Positions 12,833 to 25,200 of a DNA stretch of 64,000 nucleotides are shown piece by piece (position 1 is the first letter of the stretch; the number at the start of each line of letters is the position of its first letter). Under the pieces are notes generated by a model. The model saw only the letters and a program-made list of their open reading frames with translations, was not told the DNA's origin and ran no database searches. Source of the DNA: Geosiphon pyriformis uo1 (Eukaryota > Fungi > Glomeromycota); assembly GCA_016748015.1 (NCBI GenBank), contig JAAOMT010000003.1:810373-874372 (forward strand), in the 5' to 3' direction. A program made the translations under genes and the position numbers.

Positions 12833-13454
12833 TATTATAAAAAAATATAAAAAATATAAAAAAAATAGACTTTTGTTTTAAAATTAATAGTTAATTAATT
12901 TCAAAATATTAGTTGGTTTTTGGAAATTTGCAAGTAAAATAATGGAAATTGGGTTTTTAAAAATATTTAATATTTTTATTTCTTTTGATATATAAAGAAT
13001 AATTAATTTTAATTAAGATAATTCTGAGTAAAATAATTCTAAAATAAAATTTTTTTTTTTTTGAAAAAAAACTCTTCTTTTATACAATTTGTTATAATAC
13101 TAGTTTATAAACTTGAAATTTTTTTTTGTTATAATTTCAATAAACTAAAAATATATTTTAACAAATTATATATTATTTTAATAAACTATTAATTATTTCA
13201 GTAAACTATTTATTATTTTAGCAAATTTTTACAAATTTCGACAAATTCTTGAATATTATATAGTTTAGAGTATTATGTAATTTAATTATTCTAATTTCTA
13301 TTATACAAATTGGATTATTAATTAAATAGTAATATTTAATAATTTAATTAAATAATAAATAATAATTGAAATAATATTAATATATATTAATTAATAATAG
13401 AAATTAGTAGAATAATTTCATGCTAATTTAATGGCTAAAATTTTATTGATAACA
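12833..13454 (-). repeat. 5' LTR of element C (~620 bp) with 20-bp tandem repeats at ~13140-13250
   Basis: Termini TATTATAA (12833) and GATAACA (13454); similar to 47791-48356, including the 20-bp periodic AAACTR..T.A.TTT block. Confidence 0.6.
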
Positions 13455-14210
13455 GTATTTTTGGGTTTGTATATGTATTTTATAAAGACTATATATAAGA
13501 AATTGCCAGTTGCTATTAAAAAAAAACTTTATAATAGGAGTTATTCTAGTGTTTGTGTTTAATATATAATTAAATAGAATTTTTTGATCATATTTTTACT
13601 TATTTAAATGATGCTGGTTTTCATAAAAATGTTATGTGAAAGATAATATCTTATTGAAAAGCTTTGGTTGGTGCTAAAATGTCTTTAATATTAGTAATAA
13701 TTCAAGACTTTTTGTCAAGTTTGTTAAATATTGATTTATATAAGATTATTAATAAAAGTTTTGTTTTAAGAAGCTGGTATAAAAAAACAGTAATAGTGTT
13801 TAAAAATAAAAAAAAACTGCTTTTATTATGATACAGTTTGTTTGTAAGTTTGTTGAACATCACAAAATAGTATTGTGAATTCTTAGATCTAAATTTAGGA
13901 CAAATATAGAGAGTAGTGGTTTGATTAATAATAAAAATGTGGTTTCAGAATTGTTGTATTTTATGTTATCTCATTTGTCAAATAATATTGTTTGTTTGTT
14001 TAAAGTTAATAAGACATTTGTAATTGGTTTCAGTTTTTGTAAATTTTGTTTGCTTTTTCTGGTTTGAATAGTAATGTTTCTATTTAGATAAATATATAAT
14101 GTGGTCTTAACTGATCTAAATAACTGATCATATGTAAAAAATACATAAGTTATATTTAGTTAGAGACTTTTAATTTGTTTTTTTGTACTAGATAATAATT
14201 AGGCTCTATT

Positions 14211-14255
<45 letters not shown>
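13455..14255 (+). mobile_element. 3' end of a decayed LINE-like (non-LTR) retrotransposon with a (TAA)n tail
   Basis: LYMYFIKTIYKKLPVAIKKKLYNRSYSSVC..EFFDHIFTY resembles the C-terminal CCHC-knuckle region of LINE ORF2 proteins; followed by a short 3' UTR and (TAA)~14 at 14213-14253; left side cut by LTR C. Confidence 0.7.
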
Positions 14256-14258
<3 letters not shown>

Positions 14259-15529
14259 TATTATTGTATATTGTTAAAAACTATTTATATGTTTTTAAAT
14301 TATATATTTTTTTTTGTGGTTTTTTATTTAAGTAACAATGGCTAAATTATTTTTTAAAAATTATTTAAAATATTTAAAGTAAAATTAATATAAATTTTTT
14401 AAATATAAACTAAATTTTCATTTTAATCTAATTTTATAATAGTTTTTGTTAACTTGTTTATAAGCAATAGTAATTTAATAATTAAACAAATTATTATACC
14501 AATTAAAACTAAAAATTAAATTATTTAACTTTTTATTAATAAAAATATAATACAAATCTTTTTTTATGTTTTTAAAATTGTGTTTTTAACACACAGAATT
14601 TTAGTTAATATATAATGTAAATTTAGTTTCTTTTATTTTTTAAATATTGTGCTGTGTTTTATTTTATTTTTATTAAAATTATTATTTAAGACACTAAACA
14701 ATAATAATATTATAAATAACAATTCTTTAAATTAAACTAGTTATTAGAAAACAAAATAACAAGCCCAATTTAGCATTTAAGAAAGTTTATTTTGCTTTTA
14801 AATTCATAATTGTATTTAACTATAAACTGTACTTAATATTAATAAAAAGTAGATTTTCCAAATATTTTTTATAAAATAAAACAATTAATTATTGATTCTA
14901 ACAATAAAGGATTTAATTTAATTAATTTATTTATTTATAGATTTAAAAGTAGCATCTCCTCCGATCATTTTAATCACAAATTTATAATTTACGAGTTTAG
15001 TCAAACTTTTGAACCTTTAAACTTTCTAAAAAATCACTTCCATAAAAATCCCATGATACATTTCAAGAGCTGGAGTAAAAAACAAATTTCTATTGTTTTT
15101 TTTTTGTCTAAAACCAAATTTTCTCAAAACACGACAAATATAATGCTATAATAATTGAACAAAAACCGAATGTTTTGTGATGTGATTACAGAGATCAAAT
15201 GACATGAGAATTAAGAAATGCCCGCCAAACTCCCATAATTTATGATAATTTACAAAGAAAAAAGAGAAACTAATAAGAAATAGGAGATTGTTTGTTTGAG
15301 TGTTTTCGTCCAAGAAACTTTATGATAACTTGATTTTACCTTAGACTAGAATTTCGATTTTGGGAGCGATAAAGAGTTAGAAATGCACAAAAAATATCTA
15401 CAATTAAAAGCTATTTAACAAAATATAATATAAATTTGAGTAATATATATGATAATTTATAAAATATAATAATGATACTCTATAATTTTGCCCAACAGGA
15501 ATGTCCTTTTTTTTGGCGTTGTAAATGTT

Positions 15530-18500
15530 CTATAAGACTTGGGATCGCCGACCCTCTAGCGCCTCAAGCGCACCTCTGCGCGAACTTTGGACTGCATTGC
15601 TACCCCGCCTTTCTTGTTTTATTCTATTTTTTGCCATCACGGAGTGTGTTGTTGAGTTGGCTAATCGATCAAACACATCGCCCGTTGGCGTAGCGCATCT
15701 GCTATGCGAATGATGACTGCACATGCTAGTCACCGACATGTTATCGTCATCTTCAGGTGAGGAACGTCCGTAATTCCAAGATGATACTTTTGATAAATCT
15801 CTGGACTCACGTTGACCCATCGAAGAGTATGAACGTTTAACTTCGCCGCCAAAATACCCAGAATCTCTAGGTTGCTCATGATCGCCGCCAGCGTAGAAAC
15901 CAAGGCTTGTGTTACTATTTCTTTGAGCTTCACGTGAAAAAGATCCACGATGAGGATTATCCCTCGGTTGTTGACAACGTTCATTTGGTGGAGTTTTGGG
16001 TGATTGATCGGACCAATGCACATGTTCATTTGATGAATTAGAAAATTTTTTGAGGTGTCCTCTTCTACCCGATCCTTTATTACTATAAGTATCAAAGTAA
16101 GCATTGGATTAGCATTTTTGTCAATAAAATGTCCAGAAAAATGGAAACGATAATAGAAAGTTAAATAAGTTTACCTATAATCAGAATCAGAACTGCTATT
16201 TCTCGAGTGACCATGAATATCCGTAGTCGTGCGTCTTAGCAATGCTTCACGTTGTAACGAGTCCCGAGGGGATTGAGCTGAAGTGGGTGATGCAGGTTGA
16301 AGATCTCCACTTTTCCTATGGCGTAATGGCATGTTTAACCAACCTTGTGGTATCGGTGGTTTTGGGGATAAATTTACGGGTGACGAAGCGTAAGCTACAT
16401 CTTGTTCAATCGAGTTTCCAAAGTAAGAATTTCTTTTCGATTTCTCAGAAGAATTAAAATTAGTTCGAACGGAAAGTGGTGAAGGATCGACCATAGGACC
16501 AGGTTGTTGTAAAGAGTTTTCGTAGATCCGATCAAACAAAGAAAGAGTGTCGTTGGCGTCATTTTCAACGTCATTAAGTTCCAACTCAAAGCCTGAAGGT
16601 GAAACTGGACTGGGGGTTCTGCCCCCATATTGAAGTTCACTTTCAAGTTCTTTATTTTTTTTCTCATACATCACGGTTGTCAGTACCGCAGCTCGGCGCA
16701 TTGACAGCAAGGTCTTTCTCAACTCATTGATCGTCTTTTCTTGATGTGCCATTGTCATTTGACGAGACCATTCGCCGGTACGAAGATTAACGACATCTTT
16801 GAAGAAGGATTCAAGCACAGTTTGTTGTTCAAATGAATCCAAATTTCGTAATATTTTCATTGCCGTATCATAGGCAGCCTCGGGAGTTGCATTCGGTGGT
16901 AACGAGAATGACAATTTTTTCCTGTCACCAGATGATTTCCTTTTCTTCTTGGAATCTTTACCATCCTCACATTTATCGCTATCATCTGAAGATCTTCGTT
17001 GAGAGACGATATCGTGAGGCACATAGGAGTTCGCATCCGCGACGGGTTCACCGGTTAGGGTATTACTGGCGATGTTCGCCGCAGCTTCGGCATTCAAGGC
17101 CTTGATTCTGGCGTTAATATAAATTATTTCAGAATTAATCATTTCAATCTTGTCGTCCAAATTTTGTGCCAGAGCTTGTTGAGTGTAATTAACATTTCCA
17201 TTGGAATCAAAATTATCGGCAATGATTCTTTCACGTTCCGACAAGCTTTCTTGTTTTTCAATCGCAAGATTATCACGTTTCTTGAGCAATTCATCAATCA
17301 ATGCCATTGATTGTTTGCCCGTAATGTATTGTGCGATAGCTTGATCGAGAACCTTCTTTTTCTCATTACCATCAGCGAATATTTCGGCCTGAATGGTAGA
17401 AAGGTCATCAGAAGTGCGGCGGCTTGGTGGTTGATCTTTGGTATCGGTCTCAGGTGCAACCTTGTTCGCCCGCTTACCACGGAATGCTTTGGCGATAGAT
17501 CTTGGGGTAGTGGTACGTTTCAATAATCCCATGACGGACTTGAGTTTATTGTTCGTTTGTAGAACTTCTTTGTTTCTCTTTTCAAGAACAAGTTTTTGAA
17601 CTTCATGAGCACGTTCAATACGTTTCTTTTCTTGCTGTGCGGCCTTTTCTTTACGACGAAGGTTTTGAATTTCACGTTCATTACGTTCTGTCATTTCACG
17701 AATACGTTCAGCCTCGTCCTTCATGCGTTTAATCAAATTTAATTTTTCCGCTTTGTGTTGCTCAAGTTGAATCTTCATGTTCTTGAGCATAGACTCATTT
17801 TGATTTTTAGTTAACTGACTGGTTTGGGTCGCTTCATTATATCTACGACGTAAATCACCGATTTCACCAATCAATTTCTTCATCTTGTGCTCGTAACGAG
17901 CTTTCAGCTCTGAAAGAATAGATGTCTTATCACGTGTGCTAACACCACCGACACGTTTCATAGCAATGTCTCTTTCTCGTTGCAATTGAATCAAAGATTG
18001 TTGCATTAGATCCACTTTTTGTTCGTACTGTGTACGCATCAAAGTGAACTCTTGTTCGGCTCTCTCTAATTGCGAAACGAGTTGTTCTTTAACCGCAATA
18101 TCGGCTTGAATTTGATGCAACATACGAGTAAGAGTGAGCGCATTTTGTTGCTGAGAAGAATAGCCGGTACTATTTTGCGACGATTTCGTGGACCCTGGTG
18201 AAATTGGGTGATCCGAGAAGCTGACTGATCGACTCGAATTGGAGGTCCGTCGTGGTGGTTGTTGAGCCTGACCACTAGAGCCAGGTTCTTCCCAGGCTGG
18301 AACTTCAATAGTTTGGATATCACTGAAAGAGACGCTACTTGATCGGCGGTTTTCATTTTGAAGGTGATTTCGCATCATTTGATCAATATAACTTTCACTC
18401 TTCGTTGAAGAAGGAGTCTTAATTAATTGACACAAAACTGGATCGTCGTGCATAGATCCACCATTTTTCAAGAACAATAAACCTTGTTTGATTTGTTCTT

Positions 18501-21500
18501 TGGCTTTTTCTAGTGTATCCCTCGCACTGCGACGCCTTAGTCTACGAGTAACCTTAAAGGCACTATCTTCACCCCATTGATCCCCTTCTCCACCTGCTTC
18601 ATCATGATTTTTTTCGTCATTATCTTGCTCATCATCATCATCATCATCATCATCGTTGTCAGGTTGGTTTGCGTAATGAGCGAAGATATTTTTGGCTTCT
18701 TCCAAATTAGCTGGTTTCATAACACCGTGAGAAGGTAGAGCGGCAGGGAAGACTTGTTGAGAAGACTGTCCTTGTTGCTGATTTTCTTGATCATCCAAAA
18801 TCTGGAAATGACCCTCAGCACGAGATGAAGAGCCTTTTTTACCTTTTGTCCGTTTGGTCTTCTTGCCTTTCCGAATTTTTTTGTCAGGGCTTTGAGTTCT
18901 TGGGGGTTCATCATCGCTCATGTGCTGAATGTGAGGAGATTCTTCCAAGAAAGAAATGTGACCCTTTTCACGATTAGAATTAGCAGTTGCCATGGAAGAT
19001 TTTCTTCGGTTCATTAATCCTCCAGAACCGGTTTGACATTGAAGTTCAAGATTTTGCTTCTTGAGATCGTTAATTTCTTGAAGATATTTCTCAATCATTG
19101 GATTTAAATGTACCGTGGAATTATTTTGGCTTTGGCCATTCATTTTTCTTTCGGTCAATAAATGTTCTCGTTCGGCTTGTACTTGAGAAAGTTCTTGTTC
19201 AAGTTTGATAGATTTCATCTTTTCTTGACCAACTAAACAGCGCAGTTCATTAATTTGCTCTTCGTAAACACGTTTTGCCTCTTCATCGAGACCACCGGCT
19301 CGAAGTGATGTAATCTCCATTTGGAGTCGATTGATTTTGTTTCGTAGTTGGTTGACTTCGACCGAAGACCCACCATAGGTTTCATTAACGCTGACCTTGT
19401 TCTTGATATTACGAGCTCGATTGGCGTATTTAAGGGTGTTGAGTGTCTCCATAAAGTTGGAGTCAGCCGGTGATATACATGCCAACATTAAAGTTTGACT
19501 AAGGAAAAGGGGTGTAAAGGATATGTTCAAGTCAGAATTGAATGGTATCTAATCGTATGACAAACTATATACGCAAATCAAAGTATTACCTGTTACCACC
19601 CAATGAATCTTGTAGGAGTCGAGTTAATTTTGAATCTCGATAAGGGACATGAGTTACTTTTCGTGATTCGTCACCAAGAGCGCTAATCACATTGCCCAAA
19701 GCCAAGAGACCACCATTAATGGCAATACCTTCTTTGGCTCGATCACCAACTGCATTTGTTCTCTTTAATCTTTCAGAGCCGGCTAAATCGACAAAGTGAA
19801 ATTTCGAGGTAATTTTTGAAGTTAATGGTTTATTTTTGTTCTTTTTAGTGACAGGTTGCTGAGCAACTTGTGGATTATTTTCTTTATCCGCATCCTCATC
19901 AATTCTATTTTGTCGTAGTATCACGGAGAATATGGCATGTGATCGGGATGACACCAAGTTCATGTCGGTGGAAGCTACTGTTCGACATAATGAACCTTTT
20001 TGCAGTTGCCTTTTGAAAAGAAATTTTGGCATTAAAAATAAATATTTGGATTAGAGCATGAAAGTCTAACAACTTTACTCACTCTAATAGTTCATCGGGT
20101 GAATTAACTGGCACTTCTTTAACGCCAGCCCAATATATTTGTCCGTTTACATCTTCCCTAATCATTAATTCATTCTTTCCTTTTTTATGATCGCCATGAG
20201 TTTGTGGATTTAAGAGATCGATCAAGTCTTCGTTGTATAGCTCGAGGAAGGACACCAATACTTCATATGCGAATGCTGGATTCTTTTCTTTCCTTGCTTC
20301 GAGTCCTTCGAATAATTTATAGATGGCCCGTGGAACAATGCCTAAAGTAGAGGGCGCAATAAAATTAAATGTATAAATTTGGTTAGTCAAATTAATGATC
20401 GACGATACAGGGTTACACCGGACACGCCCGAGCTGCATAATGATGTGAAATGCACAAAAATCCCAAAAGGTGTTTTTGAAACGAGCGAACGTTGCGGCCG
20501 AATAAATCCTAACTTGAGAATGCTAGAATTTCTTTAACGTACCTAAATGTTCTGGTGGAATATTTGAACCGTCTAGGGCTGTACCCATGCTATAGGTTTT
20601 ACCACTACCCGTTTGTCTAAAAGAGACATGAAATTTAGGTTTTATTCCTGAAAAGGAAAACAAAGATAATTTTACACTCAGAATACCAAAATGACATACC
20701 CATAGGCTAATATTGTTGTGTTATATCTATTTTTGAAGTAGAAACAATGAGAGTAACAACAGAAAAAAATTAGAGTTATGAAGCGGGGATAAAAGAAAAT
20801 AGGCAGTGCGTCAGAGTGTGCGGATATTGTAATGCTTCGGACAATGATTTTTGTAACCAAATTTTGGTAAGTCGACCAAAGTCGGACAATCTTATATCAT
20901 GTGTCAGAAGAGTTTTATTTGTAAGCCAATGGTCGATATTCTCTTTTAAAAAGATTCGCATCTAGCACACACACACACACACACACACATCCTACAGCCT
21001 GCAAAGAAAATGTTTGATGATTGACAAGATAATGTGAGCTAGTCACACCTACTTACCCTTCAATCAACTTTTCAACCATTGGTCTGGCACACTCCTCGAA
21101 CACGTCTTCCTGCTCAGTGTCCGATGAAAATACATGGTCGAAGGTGAAAGATCGGTCAGTGCCAATAAGAATTTGTGGTGCGTCCGGTATAAACGTGATG
21201 CATTCACTGCAATTTTGGAGTGTTTCTTTATTGTTTAAGGGTCGGACTCGAAGAGCGACTCTGTATTTTTAAAAGTTTTTTTAAAATTTGAAAGATGTTG
21301 TGTTTTCGAGTCGCCGAGAAGGATATAGAGAAAGATAAAAGATTTAAAGAAAATAAAACAATTAGTAAACATGATTAGATGTTATTTATTGGGAAGAAAA
21401 AAATGGAGAAAAGTTTCGTGTGTAAGAAATTTGTTATTTTTCGTTATTAATTTAATAAATGTGGGACTGAAGATTGGCAAATACGCTGTATTAAAGGATG

Positions 21501-21514
21501 ACTGTAAAAAGGGG

Positions 21515-21568
<54 letters not shown>

Positions 21569-21600
21569 AATTATTCTTACCGTACTGATGTTGAAGTCAT
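15530..21600 (-). CDS. Kinesin-4 family motor (KIF4/KIF21/KIF27-like), 8 exons, 1626 aa
   Basis: Exons (minus) 21600-21581, 21260-21057, 20726-20700, 20616-20543, 20341-20083, 20009-19590, 19498-16175, 16082-15530; all GT-AG and phase-consistent, 4881 nt. Motifs [82 protein letters not shown]; long coiled-coil stalk. Confidence 0.96.
21518..21564. repeat. (GA)n microsatellite in kinesin intron 1
   Basis: Directly visible. Confidence 0.95.
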
Positions 21601-22236
21601 GATGGTGATGATGATGATGATTATAAAGAGGTAAATTGTGGAAGCAATTTTGGAGGATTTTAGGTGGGGAGTAGGGTTTCGTGAATAAGTAAAAATAAAT
21701 GAAAAACAAAGTTCGCCAAACTTTTTATATACGATGGCTGGTATTACAAGGTTTTATATACAAGAAACAAGGTTTAAAAATATTGGGTCGAGGAATGCAC
21801 AAAAAAAGTGTGATGTGAAATTTTAAAGATTTTTCAATAATCAATAGCTTGTAAAACGACGAATACTTTGTGAAAACGTAAAAAAAAATGCAAGAGAAAC
21901 GAATAATGTTGAAAAATGTGGTTTTTGATTATTTTTTTTTCGAACGTAAAAGTCCGGTAAAGAGTCAGCGACCGCTGAAAGGGATAAATAAATAGTTTTT
22001 TTTTTAGAATATTTGAAATATATGTTTGTTTAATGTAATGTGATAAGAGCTTTTATCACCAAACTTAAGAGATTTTATAATAAATGAATGTATTATAAAT
22101 TTAAGGATCTGTTTCTTATATTTTGTATAAAATAAAATTGTATATATTTAAAAAAAAAAATGTTAATTTTTTTGGTATGATTATTTTGAAACGGGAACGC
22201 GAGAAACAAAAGTCGAATAATTGAATCCCTGTCTAT

Positions 22237-22237
<1 letters not shown>

Positions 22238-22286
<49 letters not shown>
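22238..22286. repeat. (TAA)n microsatellite
   Basis: Directly visible; similar tracts at 26319-26374, 26830-26870 and 41348-41470. Confidence 0.95.
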
Positions 22287-22287
<1 letters not shown>

Positions 22288-25200
22288 GGAGGTGAAATTT
22301 AATAGAATGTGAATTGTAGAGAGAACAGACACAGAAAATGGTTTTTATTAAAACAGAATTGATGATTTGTTTATATTTCGTTGTAATGGTTGCAATTCTA
22401 ATTTGATGTGTTTGTATAAAAATGTCTTTTCACACTGTTCAAGTTAAAACTCCCAAAAAAAAAAAAGGGTTTGTTTTTAAACTAGAAACAACTCTAAGAC
22501 AAAGAGGTGTAAAGAAAAAAAGAATGAAAAGAAAAATTCGGTGTTACTTATATCTAAAATCTCGGGAAAAAGTGTTATTCTTTAAAAGATTTCTCCTACA
22601 TTCTCAAGAAGGAAGGTCAGTGTGTTGGATGCAACTAGGAGCTGTACAGCATTACACACATTTTAGGAAGTTAAATCATGAAAATTATCTAAAGAGGAGA
22701 ATATGAGAAAGTTAAAATAATAAATCAAAAATGTGAAGGGGAAAAGTATTTGAATCATAAAGATGAATAAAAAAAGTTATTCCTTACATCCCATTTGATG
22801 TCTTATAAAGAGAAAGAATTAAAAAAAGACGCGTTTCAAGTTTGCATATTATATATTATATTATATTTTTAATTTCTTTTTCATAATTGGGGAACATCTG
22901 CTCATATAACTGCCACATTGTCTTTAAAATATGTAATTATTTTTATTGAAACGAGTGATGATAATAATGATGATTATGATTATGATTATGATTATGATTA
23001 TGATATAAAGATCACATAGTAAAATAAATTATATAATTAGAAAGGAACCAGTTTAATCAATTTAAAATAAATCAAATAAATTTCTATTTTAAAAATAAAA
23101 AATTTTATAGATAGTCTCTTATTTTATGTTCTAGTCATAAAATTGATATCTTTCTTGTTGAATTTTACAACTTTTCTTGAAAATTTTGTTGTTCCTATGT
23201 TGTTGTTTTTTTTTGACTTGTTCCCAGTATGCGTGATTTAACTTGAACTCCATTATTTGAGTAACAACGATTTCTATATCCGCAATGAATGAGTTGGTAA
23301 AAGTCTGAGGCTCTGACAATTTTTGATTCATTCCCAAAAAAGTTAACTTTCTCAAATGATTACGCGCAACCGGCAAACAATTGAATCTCTTATATTTTTC
23401 TAGAAAAAAATTACTACCAATTAATTGTACAAGCCGTGAGTTCATTGCCTGATTACAATATTTCCTTTGGGTTCACTCATACAAGCCTCTCTACTATTCC
23501 TTTTGTTTTCACGCAAAAGATTATTTTTCTGACTTAAACCAACACTTGAAGAAAGAAAATTTATAATGAAAAATATGCTTATTTTTTGTCAAGATCCAAA
23601 AATTTCGCAAAAGTTGCTTTACGCGTTCACAAAAATTTCCTCAAACAATGGCGTTTAATCTGTTGTGTGATCAGTCTTATACCTGTGGTAATACCATATC
23701 TTAATAATAATTTAGCAAAAAATAATTACGTGTAGATCCTGGGAATGTAAAAAACAGGCTTTTCTTTTAAAACCTCTACCGTGTTTTTTCACTTAAAGTT
23801 TTTTGCACTGTTTAGGGTACAAGATGGAAATCGAGAAACAGAGGTTTTAATTTACACAAAATATATTAATTCTTTCAACTTTCGGTTACAAAGGTCAGTT
23901 GTACATACGCAACCTTAAAATTATAACACGAAATTTTGGATCATTTTAATTATGTTCCATATTTCAGTATGGAGGTTTCGATTATGAGTAGTCCTATTGC
24001 AAGTTTCTTCTTTTCTTGAACTGGTAAATAATGTTGGCATGGACTCCCATCATTCTACTTGGCATAACCACTTGATGACACTGTAAAAAATACTTTGAGT
24101 CAACGACCTTGATGAGATTGCAACTTTCAACACGAAACTCACTTCCTTAGAAACCTATTTACATAATTCTTGGAAATGAAAATTTTTTTTCCTCATCCTT
24201 TTCCCCTCTGGAAAATCATCTCGTCATGAACCATCCAGAACTTTCGAATGGTACAGCATCACAAATTCGTAATCGTTGAAATTGTGGGGCCCTAAATTTT
24301 TAAAATTCTTGAAACTCCAAAATTCTACTCAACTTCGAAAAGCTGCAAGTATAACGGATAATTTAACAGTTGCACTGATTAGAACTTTGAAGTCATCGAT
24401 TTTCAGAAAATCATTGAATGATTAGTGTGCAAAATAATGCCACACACAAACTTTGAGTACCAACGGACATTCCAAAAGAGAAGAAATCTTGTTTTATCCT
24501 CTCCAAAACTAGCCATTCAACGGAATATACTAGCAACATCTGGATAAGTACAAAACATTAGCATCAATTTAACCTAGAAAAGTTCAGGTAATACGGTCAC
24601 GACCCTTTTTCTTTAAAATAACTTGGATTTTCATTTACTTTCAACTTGCAAATCTATCTGATATTATATCTCGAGTGATAGTTGCTGAAAAAGGGAAGAA
24701 ATCAGTCAAAGTGTAGAACAAAAAAAGATTTTTAACAAAAAGTATGATGAGGGAGAAATAAAATGATGGAATGAGCGGATGATTAATATTGTCAAAAATA
24801 TATATCAAAGACATAATAAAATTTATTTAACTGACCGTAATTATATAAAGGGCAGCAGTTTCCAGTTAAATGTTATTATTGAAAATTCATGGGTTTATAT
24901 CAACGCCCATAGTTCCTAACTCAAAGATTTTTCCGCACACGAGATGAATGTTATATCTAAGAAATTTGAGGATACTTGGTCAAATAAATCATGAAAACTA
25001 GATCAAGTTCAATACGTATCTTCCCTATCCAAATTAATCCAAGATTTCTCCTAGCTTTTTCAAAGAACTTTGAATCGATAAATGAAGAACATTTCGAAAA
25101 TGAATAAAGCAATTCTTGTTATTAAAATAGGTAAATGAAATTAGAGGTATTTCATATCTTTTTAGCCATGATTTACAACAATAATTATGCACAGTTTTAA

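Larger units (their letters stand above)
8100..13454 (-). mobile_element. Degenerate Ty3/Gypsy element C (5' LTR, gag, protease, Cys-rich domain, dUTPase, start of RT), cut by element B
   Basis: Minus strand: gag FQEWLDKV...ILYFLQETA (~11330-11880); protease LILNNRFAKSII (LILDSGSAGSII relic, ~10230-10600); dUTPase IIDAEYTENIIIMLQNET...KIA*AIY...SFSST (~8935-9365); RT CVNY*QLNSVTIKDTYLFPRIDNMLD (~8105-8460). Confidence 0.9.

Noticed and set aside
15472-18914. Short ORFs overlapping the kinesin exons
   Set aside because: Shadow frames of the kinesin CDS.
20342-20542. GC/CpG-rich kinesin intron as a snoRNA host
   Set aside because: No convincing C/D or H/ACA boxes on the sense strand.
22829-23626. 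ACGCGT (MCB-like) sites upstream of the kinesin
   Set aside because: Only two sites, 1.2-2 kb from the ATG; too weak to call regulatory.
23131-24910. 104-aa ORF and coding-like stretch (F-box/LRR-like pseudogene?)
   Set aside because: No motif or consistent exon chain could be built.
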